Assembly: GCA_024626585.2 (NCBI GenBank)
Contig: JANKJI020000004.1
Span: 77,289,286-77,307,235 of the forward strand
Direction: 5' to 3'
Source: Ginkgo biloba
Lineage: Eukaryota > Plantae > Ginkgophyta
Length of the DNA stretch: 17,950 nt
Part shown: one piece after another, positions 9,981 to 17,950 of the stretch
How positions within the stretch are numbered: the stretch's first letter is position 1
Layout of the letters: every line of letters starts with the position of its first letter
Made by a program: the position numbers and the translations under genes
The notes under the pieces: generated by a model
Databases searched by the model: none
What the model saw: the letters and a program-made list of their open reading frames with translations, nothing else
Told to the model about the DNA's origin: nothing

Positions 9981-11189
9981 ATGTAATGTATGTAAATTCA
10001 CACACACACATAGATATACACACAAAAAATAAAGTAGCAGGCTTCTGTAATTCGATCAATGGTTTTTTTCAACCCCTTTTTGGCACTTAGAGACTTAAGA
10101 AGGCNNNNNNNNNNNNNNNNNNNNNNNNNNNNNNNNNNNNNNNNNNNNNNNNNNNNNNNNNNNNNNNNNNNNNNNNNNNNNNNNNNNNNNNNNNNNNNNN
10201 NNNNNNNNNNNNNNNNNNNNNNNNNNNNNNNNNNNNNNNNNNNNNNNNNNNNNNNNNNNNNNNNNNNNNNNNNNNNNNNNNNNNNNNNNNNNNNNNNNNN
10301 NNNNNNNNNNNNNNNNNNNNNNNNNNNNNNNNNNNNNNNNNNNNNNNNNNNNNNNNNNNNNNNNNNNNNNNNNNNNNNNNNNNNNNNNNNNNNNNNNNNN
10401 NNNNNNNNNNNNNNNNNNNNNNNNNNNNNNNNNNNNNNNNNNNNNNNNNNNNNNNNNNNNNNNNNNNNNNNNNNNNNNNNNNNNNNNNNNNNNNNNNNNN
10501 NNNNNNNNNNNNNNNNNNNNNNNNNNNNNNNNNNNNNNNNNNNNNNNNNNNNNNNNNNNNNNNNNNNNNNNNNNNNNNNNNNNNNNNNNNNNNNNNNNNN
10601 NNNNNNNNNNNNNNNNNNNNNNNNNNNNNNNNNNNNNNNNNNNNNNNNNNNNNNNNNNNNNNNNNNNNNNNNNNNNNNNNNNNNNNNNNNNNNNNNNNNN
10701 NNNNNNNNNNNNNNNNNNNNNNNNNNNNNNNNNNNNNNNNNNNNNNNNNNNNNNNNNNNNNNNNNNNNNNNNNNNNNNNNNNNNNNNNNNNNNNNNNNNN
10801 NNNNNNNNNNNNNNNNNNNNNNNNNNNNNNNNNNNNNNNNNNNNNNNNNNNNNNNNNNNNNNNNNNNNNNNNNNNNNNNNNNNNNNNNACTTCATCCATT
10901 TTTACGTTTCTTAAGTGTGACATTTGATTCATGGGTCTTAATAGAAAAGAGTTGGTATGGTAAAGATACCTCAATTTTATATTTATATTGGCACATATAT
11001 CCTCGTTGTATGTATCCATGCATGTATGTTATCCCCTCAAAAAGGGGTGAGGATAACTTTATGAAGAAAAAATTACCCTCATTTTTTCATGACGATAACT
11101 TTTCATCAATGAAATGGAGATGGAGCAAGGGCCATAAGGGCCCCACCAACCTTATATTATGGTGTCAAATGATATCGCCTTTACAAATC

Positions 11190-11360
11190 TATGGTATGAT
11201 GGAATGATGAAACCATCAAACCATTTGGCACTGTTAAAAAATATATTGGAATTCAAAAACATTGCCAATGAAAGAGAGATTAAATCTCAAAGCATAATTG
11301 TATGCTTTATCTAAACTGGTGATAGTGATGAGATCTATCTCCTACTGGTAGGTTGAAAGG
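11190..11360 (+). mobile_element. Possible highly decayed retropepsin C-terminal half
   Basis: NDETIKPFGTVKKYIGI, and in another frame GDSDEIYLLLVG*. These resemble the ADQxxxKPLGxV and YPLLLGR motifs. No catalytic motif seen. Confidence 0.3.
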
Positions 11361-11729
11361 AGTCCTCTAGTAAATTTAAGGGCTAGTATCCCCTCTATCT
11401 TATGAATACTTAGTGTGTTACTAAGTTTGTAAAACTAAAGATTATAAAGGCTTGGATGGAAAGTAGGGAAGAGGACCATCCGTCAATAAAATTATATTGA
11501 TTATAAAGAGGACAAGAATGGGGGAGGAAGATTTTGGCATTTTAGTGTATAATAAATTAAACTATTGAGTTTATTTGCACACATATTATGGATAAGAATT
11601 TAAGTAAATAAATGGTAAACCTAGCCAATAATCCCTAATTTGTGATAAGGCATATTTTATATTTTAGTTTCCCTTTTGGTTTGGCCAATGCATTAGCTAT
11701 ATTTATGAGGATGAGGAAGGATATCCTCG

Positions 11730-11929
11730 TGCCCTTCTTGGATCACTCCAACAAATCATAGAGAGAACATCTTAAGCAGATTGTTCAAAGGGTTGGTGGA
11801 TGGAGAGTTTTGTTGAACTCATGAAAACTCTTTAGTGTAGACCAATTCAAGATGACTTTGATTTTGGTAGTAGCTTGGAAAGGAGTCATACCCATGGATG
11901 AATGCTTACATATTATTATATGCAAACTT
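11730..11929 (-). mobile_element. Gypsy pol debris: integrase motif joined to RT thumb/connection motifs
   Basis: Minus strand: KFAYNN (11929-11912), a 1-nt frameshift, KHSSMGMTPFQA (integrase EFAYNNxxHSSTGMTPF), then in frame TKIKVILNWSTLKSFHE and later PLNNLLK (RT KIxAIxxWPTPKSVHE and PLTxLLKK motifs). Confidence 0.75.
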
Positions 11930-11948
11930 AGGACTATGGGAAACGACT

Positions 11949-12339
11949 TGTGAGAATGCGAGTGGAAGACTTGATGATGCTTTAGGTTCGAATCAAAGGA
12001 GAAAGTAATGAAATCGAGAACATTAAAGAAATTTCAAGCAAGAACATAAGCAACTAGGTGAAGGATGCATGAAGACTCCGTTCTCCAATTATAAAAACTC
12101 TCATAATGAGAATGAGATGACTACAATAGTACATAGTAATTCAGATTCTCATAATAGGAATTAGGAACCCTATCCTAAACGTACGGTGATTGGCGAGTGT
12201 GCATGATTGCACCTTATTTTTAGTTCTCCAGTATTGTCATTCCCTTATTAGTTCTTTGCGTAAGTCCTAAGTGTTTGTCAGTCAAGTCCAAGTTTAATCT
12301 TCCTAAAAATATTACACATTATGGTCCTATCTTGTGACA
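11949..12339 (-). mobile_element. Candidate LTR
   Basis: Non-coding ~390-bp block bounded by TGTGAGA (11949) and TGTGACA (12333-12339), lying between pol fragments. Flanks CGACT and TAGAT do not form a TSD. Confidence 0.3.
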
Positions 12340-12499
12340 TAGATTCCATTCTATCCACCTAGGAGTTTGCTAATGTCCTTTATGAACAATATGGACAACA
12401 AATAATGTAATAAGGATTTTTTTTTTCATCCCTTTATGCTCGGGTGAAGGGAATTCCTTCCCTACCACTTCCTCCCAATATCTAACAATGAGTTTCTAG

Positions 12500-12865
12500 A
12501 CCTCTAATCCTATCTTGAATGTAGATGTTCCTCTCATCAAGGATTTGTCTATAACCATATTATTGGAGATAAATATAAAAAAGTAGGGCATTATGTATAT
12601 CATATTCCTCATTCCTAGGTCTCTTAGTCATACAATGAAAAGCATGTTGTGGAAAAAGACTTTTCAAGGTACATGGCTTTTTTAAAGCAAGCCAAAATTT
12701 GACCAATAACTTAGCTTGACAAATTAATTTCCTTGTACATATATATGTATATGTAGCCAGTGGTTGAGTTCTGTAGACCCTTAGTGATCTATTTGATCTT
12801 TTCTTTTTTATAACAAGGACCATGTTTACTACCCACTTGGTATAAGTGATTGGGAATATAAACCG
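12500..12865 (-). mobile_element. Decayed gypsy reverse transcriptase fragment (Athila/Tat-like N-terminus)
   Basis: From 12862: FIFPITYTKWVVNMVLVIKKKRSNRSLRVYR (cf. GFIYPIxxSxWVSPxVxVPKKxGxLRVCxDYR). Downstream FYIYL(fs)NNMVIDKS..(fs)EEHLH near 12580-12520 reads as a decayed YLDDxxxxSKxxEEHL. The ORF-track entry 12560..12823 is part of this. Confidence 0.7.
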
Positions 12866-13067
12866 ATCGACTGCATATTTCTTTCAGAGTTATGAGCTCT
12901 TTATTAAGAACTGTTAGATATCCTTTTCACATAATCATAGTCATCCTAATATCTCTCAATTGATTTNNNNNNNNNNNNNNNNNNNNNNNNNNNNNNNNNN
13001 NNNNNNNNNNNNNNNNNNNNNNNNNNNNNNNNNNNNNNNNNNNNNNNNNNNNNNNNNNNNNNNNNNT

Positions 13068-14190
13068 GAGGAGAACAAGGGTACCGTGGTTTCTATGGCA
13101 TTCAAAGGCTTTGCTATAGAATGGTGGAATGGTGTGTAGACAGAAGTAGAAAACAACATGAAGTAGAAGATGATGATTTGGTTTGAGTTGAAGGAGGTCA
13201 TGGTGAAGAAGTTCATACCCCAAAATGAGATGTAAGAATCTTAAAACCAAGTTTGGAACTTGAGGTAGATAGGTATAGTCCAAGAGTACACCAATAAGAT
13301 GAGTGGCCTCTTCACTAGAATGTTGAATTTAGCTATGAGATATGGAGTTCATCATTTTATGAGAGGTGTGAAACCCTGTATCCCACAAGGGGTAGCAATC
13401 ACACATCTTAAGACTATGGAGGCTACAGACAACATTGCCTTATAGGTTGAAGCCGCCCAAAGTAACCAATTAGATTCTTTCAAGAAGCCATTCCAAGCGA
13501 AGAAGTATTTTGCATATTGCATTTAACCATTCTTTGAGAAGAGAGGTAAGAAAGGTTTCTTTTGAAATAAGTTTTTCAAGTCTTCTCAGAATAAAGGAAA
13601 GAACCTTACAATAGAAAAGGAGAGAAGTAGTCTTAATAGATGGGGACAAGAAGCCATCCATCAATTGTTTGAAATGTGGAGGGAAGCACATGAAGAGAGA
13701 TTGCCACGCTTTTGTTGGAATAGCAATGTTAAGCAGGAGAAGAATATGGTAGCNNNNNNNNNNNNNNNNNNNCTTCCAAGAAGACACCCTTCCTCAAAGA
13801 GTAAGTCTTTAAGTCTTTTGGAAGATTTAATGATGTTGAATTGTTTATGATTAAGGGGAAGACCAATGGTTATGATGCTACTATTTTAGTGGATAATGGA
13901 TACACACATAACTTTGCCTCTGAGGAGTTTGCCAACAAGGCAAATTTGAAGAGTTAGGAGGCTTTATATTCATACGAAGTTGGGTTCCCAAATGGTAATG
14001 GAATGCAAGCATGGGAGGAGTTTGCAACCAAGGTACCCATCACCATCAAGGAGTATGAGGACCACTTGGATTTTGTTATCACGAAGATTGGTAGATATGA
14101 TGTGATCCTTGGTTAGAAGTGGTTATGGTAGTACGATATCCACATTTTACCTTGAGATCGCATATTGCATTTCCACAAGGGCAAGAAAAT
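13068..14190 (+). mobile_element. Decayed Ty3/gypsy (chromovirus-like) gag - zinc knuckle - protease
   Basis: Gag: EENKGTVVSMAFKGFAIEWWNG...IWFELKEVMVKKFIP...NLR*IGIVQEYTNKM. Knuckle CLKCGGKHMKRDC at 13666-13704. Protease ILVDNGYTHNFASEEF (D at 13892-13894) and RYDVILG*KWL near 14095-14125. Multiple stops. Confidence 0.9.
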
Positions 14191-14681
14191 GAACTTGTAT
14201 AGAGATCGAGATTCCAGATAGATTCCTTTGGTATTGGCAATACAGTTAAAGGGTGGTTGTAACAATCCCGCCTCTTATACTTGTTGGTATAATGACTCAT
14301 TTTGATGTAATGTGGAGTAAATATGTTATGTTGAGGATGGAATCAAAATAATGTAACATGTGTATGTGTGCGTGCGTTACAATTAGATTCCTTATCAGTT
14401 ACTCAATAGAGTTTACGTTACCTCCATGTATTCTATATATTTATCTTATTTTTGAATGAAAAGGTGGAAGGGGCAATTCGATTAATTGTCTCAAATGTGT
14501 GGTCGCTGCTTCTGTGTGTAACTTTGTTTTGTTTTCATTGTGGTATTCGAACTAGTGTTTTTGTTGTAGTATCTCTCTGTCTCTTTCTCTTCCATTTTTG
14601 CGTTTTTGCTGTAGTACTGTCGTTGTCCCATTTTCTACCATTGTAGTCCATGGAGGACCTGTGAACTCTTGGGTTGAGGAT

Positions 14682-14931
14682 GGGATGAAATTGATTGCTG
14701 GTGTTACTAGAGTCATAATAAAGAAAAACAAAAATATTCTTTTTGTTATTTCAAAACCCCAATATCTTCAAAAGTCCAGCCTTTGATATATAGATAGCTT
14801 TTGGTGCGGCTAAGATTGAGGACTTGAGTTCTCAATTATAGACACAAGTTGCTAAGCAGTTCAAGGCACCTGATTTGAGTCACGCAATGTTGAAACCATA
14901 ATCATCTACTATTGCATAAGAGGAAGCTGAC
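14682..14931 (+). pseudogene. NACA: Nascent polypeptide-associated complex subunit alpha pseudogene fragment (NAC domain and linker)
   Basis: [26 protein letters not shown], an extra C at 14760, then [53 protein letters not shown]. This matches plant NAC-alpha [66 protein letters not shown]. Stops at 14791, 14839, 14899 and 14917. Confidence 0.93.
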
Positions 14932-15102
14932 AGTGCTTTGTTGATCATTTCAATGAGTGAGTTGAACACACGTGAGTAGAGACTGCCTNNNNNNNNNNNN
15001 NNNNNNNNNNNNNNNNNNNNNNNNNNNNNNNNNNNNNNNNNNNNNNNNNNNNNNNNNNNNNNNNNNNNNNNNNNNNNNNNNNNNNNNNCAAGAGTAAGAA
15101 CA

Positions 15103-15631
15103 CCACGGTTATCGCCATACTGCTAGATAATTGCTTTGACCTTGGAAGCCACATGATGAGCCACGCTAATCAAAAGCAAAAGGAGACGAAAATGGACTCC
15201 AAAGTGGATGTGCCACACTTGTGAGCCCTCCAAACCACCACTCAATACCGAACGAGAGAAGAGATTGTAATAAGAAGAGCAACAAACATGTAGAAAACCA
15301 TTGTTACTACGATACTACCTGGTAACACAAGAGGCAGAGATGGGCTCCAGGTGCATGACCCGACCCATGTGAGCTCACCCAAAAACAATCTTGAAGAAAC
15401 CTCGAAACAGATGAAGCACAAACCCTTGAATTGGTGAAAATCCAAGATCCTAAAGGGAGAAGAGGCTAAAGTGCAGAGTTGCCACTGTAACTACCATACT
15501 TCCTGGTAACAAAGGAGGTAGATATGGGCTTTAAGCGAAATAAACCCTGCAGTTAAGGACCCTCCCCCCATAATCCCGAAGAAAACCTCTAGCCAAAAGA
15601 AGAACAAAACCCTTGAACAGGCGAAACAACC
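15103..15631. repeat. Degenerate tandem repeat, period ~184-195 bp, two clear copies plus a partial third
   Basis: CCATTGTTACTACGATACTACCTGGTAACACAAGAGGCAGAGATGGGCT (15298) vs CCACTGTAACTACCATACTTCCTGGTAACAAAGGAGGTAGATATGGGCT (15482), 41/49 identical. Both are followed by GAAGAAA..CCTC and AAACCCTTGAA. Weaker copy at 15103. Confidence 0.8.
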
Positions 15632-16856
15632 ATAGAAGCCCTAAACCCTTGAATGGGAGCACATACTAAATAACCCAACCACAACAAGGAGATAGAGACA
15701 AACTAAAAAATAGGATAAGACACCCTCCTCAAGAAAAAAGTTGAGCAATTGCAACCACCCAAACTCACACTGGACCTTGTTTAAACGCAGGTTTAAAGCT
15801 TCTGAAAACAGACACAAAGAGGGCCGAAATATTCCACAAGCCTATTCACGAAGTAAAAGGAACCAAACACCCAAAAGTTTGCCATAGCGTTGGGAGGTAA
15901 AGCTTGAAATTCCATGAAATGGAATCCAAAAACAACCATTGCGACCTTGTTGAAGCACCAAGGCATCCGCAAGCACAAGCTAACTCAAGTTTCATAACCT
16001 CCATAGGGCAAACCCTAGCAAAACCCCATCATACACCACCCCAAATCAAAGTTTTCTTCGAAATTCATTCATACTTAATATATATAGTTTAGAACTTAAT
16101 AATATGTATAGTAGAAACAAATTAAAGCATTTAAAATTTCACATTTATAGGTTACATTCACATATAAGATATTGATTTATTAAAGAAAATAAATGAGATG
16201 ATTTATAGATCTTTACATCAAGCTTGGGAGTGGAAGCAAAGTTCATGAATTCATAGAGCTTAATATCCCTTAAACTATTTGATTATCAAAGTGCATAGAA
16301 TTATTTCCTCACACAAGGATTATCTTACAACTTGTAATATAGAAGCTTAAGCTTGAAGCTTGAAGAAGAAGAAAGGATTGGAGAACTATCTTTGAATATG
16401 TTGTATTGGGTCTTTTTTATGATTCTTTCCTTGTTGTTGGTAACTAAGAACCCCTACTCCTGAGCTCCAATATACTTTTATAACATTTCCAAATACAACT
16501 TTCAATGTAGCTATAAAATTGTTCATTTCAACTTCTTGGTTGAAGTTAGATATTGTGGATATTGGCCACATGGTGAAGAAGATGACATGGATGTTGAGAT
16601 GGAGTGTGAAGAGGCTCTAAAATGTCTTGGTATAGCATCAAGCCTTTTTACTCTATCAGAGCCTTTTGTTATCTGTTAGGGCTTATTGCATTTTTGTAAC
16701 GTCTTCTAACTTTATACTTTACTTTGCAACGTTGATCCTTTAGAGTCAATGCCAATCATTGATCTGGTGGTGCTTTATACCATACCAAAATCCTTGAATA
16801 TTTATCAGGGCTCCTTAAGCTAATTACAACTTGATCCAACATAGTGTTGTGTTTGT

Positions 16857-16930
16857 GCTATTGATCATGACAGATGAATCTTGTCTATTGATCACAGTCT
16901 AGTCCCTCTATTGATCACAGTCTAGTCCCT
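16857..16930. repeat. Perfect 23-bp tandem duplication plus a degenerate upstream copy
   Basis: TCTATTGATCACAGTCTAGTCCC at 16884-16906 and 16907-16929; related CTATTGATCATGACAG at 16858. Confidence 0.95.
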
Positions 16931-17341
16931 TTCTGTTGTTAGGTCCTTTTGTTACTTGTCAGAGCATCTTATATTTTCATAACTTCCCTCGACTTGACAA
17001 TTTGTTCTGACACTAACTTTAATTTTTAGTGAAGTTTAGATGAATTATCCATTTAGCAAGAGTAGACTTTTATTGATTTGTGGATAGATTTTGAAACATT
17101 AATAAGTAGTGTCTCTTGACCACTTAATATTTCTACTACTACTACTAGCATAATAGTGGATAAATTGCTCGAAGTTGTGCTTCTACTCAATTCTAGTCTT
17201 AGGACTTATTATTGGTGTCAAGACTTGGTGCATTTTCATAACATTTCTTAACTTTTACAACTTCTTACTACATTATATTCTCCTTATAAAAAAGCACAAG
17301 GCTTTAAGGTTTTAAAATGTAAATTATCCATATGGTCACTC

Positions 17342-17400
17342 GGGCTATGAAGCCCAAGGGTGTAACCCTTAGGTTCTTGCCAAGGGACCCTACCCCTTGG
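17342..17400. repeat. Three adjacent short GC-rich inverted repeats
   Basis: GGGCT-ATGA-AGCCC 17342-17355; AAGGGT-GTA-ACCCTT 17356-17370; CCAAGGG-ACCCTAC-CCCTTGG 17380-17400. Confidence 0.7.
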
Positions 17401-17767
17401 ACCCCATTGGTAATTTTGGATTCACACCTAGGGATCAACAACACTTATTTTTGGACCAATTTATGTCTTTTCTTAATATTAATTGTTACCTGTTACTGTG
17501 AAATTGAAGCTGATAATGATCCTTTTACTTTATACCTAACTCGAATTAGTCCTCCCTTGTTTAAGGATGGTGGTCTCTATCATCTGCTTAATGAGTATGA
17601 AAAATTCCTTCCTCATCTNNNNNNNNNNNNNNNNNNNNTCTTGGAAAACTATCCTTTCCTTGCAACCTTGTACATTTTTATGGCACATCGTTTAGCTACC
17701 ATTTCTTTGCTTTGTAATATTTAATTTTCTTCTAGGAGTTCTATTGACGGATTGGAACTAGCTCTGC

Positions 17768-17950
17768 AACCCTAGCGTTTTCTCCTGTGTCTTCCCTGAT
17801 GGCCATGGAGGGGGCTCCTCCCCCTCCTTTGTCTCCTTCCTCTTCGAAATAAATGGAATTTTAGAGGTTGGTCTCATCACTCTCAAACAAGGTAATATCA
17901 AAGGCCCCTCCCTCGCATTTTGTTAAAAAGGAAGATTCAGTGTCGTCTGT
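17768..17950 (+). mobile_element. Possible decayed 5' end of a LINE ORF1, running off the window
   Basis: AACCCTAG at 17768 and a pyrimidine-rich leader, then from ATG 17799: MAMEGAPPPPLSPSSSK*MEF*RLVSSLSNKVISKAPPSHFVKKEDSVSS. Compositional resemblance only; no diagnostic domain. Confidence 0.25.

Noticed and set aside
9999-10010. (CA)6 microsatellite
   Set aside because: Real but short and unremarkable.
16290-16400. Possible hAT transposase C-terminus (VHRIISSHKDY...EEEERIGELSLN)
   Set aside because: The diagnostic dimerisation motif (ERxWS, RNRL) is absent; the resemblance is too weak.
16857-16930. CRISPR-like array
   Set aside because: The repeats are directly adjacent with no unique spacers, the context is eukaryotic and there are no cas genes.
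17332-17724. 130-aa ORF
   Set aside because: Begins in the hairpin repeat, crosses a gap and has no recognisable domain.

Overview
AT-rich eukaryotic DNA from a gappy draft assembly (nine N runs), almost certainly a land-plant nuclear genome. The retroelement types suggest a seed-free plant or gymnosperm, which is inference. Most ORFs in the track are N-filled artefacts or chance frames. Manual translation shows one apparently intact host gene, the 3' half of MZT1/GIP1 (2285-2409, +), whose 5' half lies in a gap. A decayed intronless fragment of NAC-alpha lies at 14682-14931. The rest is mostly decayed Ty3/gypsy debris: a gag-protease with up to six CCHC knuckles from an internal duplication (6807-9050), a second gag fragment, minus-strand RT and scrambled integrase/RT-connection pieces, and a chromovirus-like gag-protease (13068-14190). 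There are also small tandem repeats and hairpins. I found no prokaryotic features and no intact novel system. The best leads are the multi-knuckle Gag, the NAC-alpha fragment and the rearranged pol.
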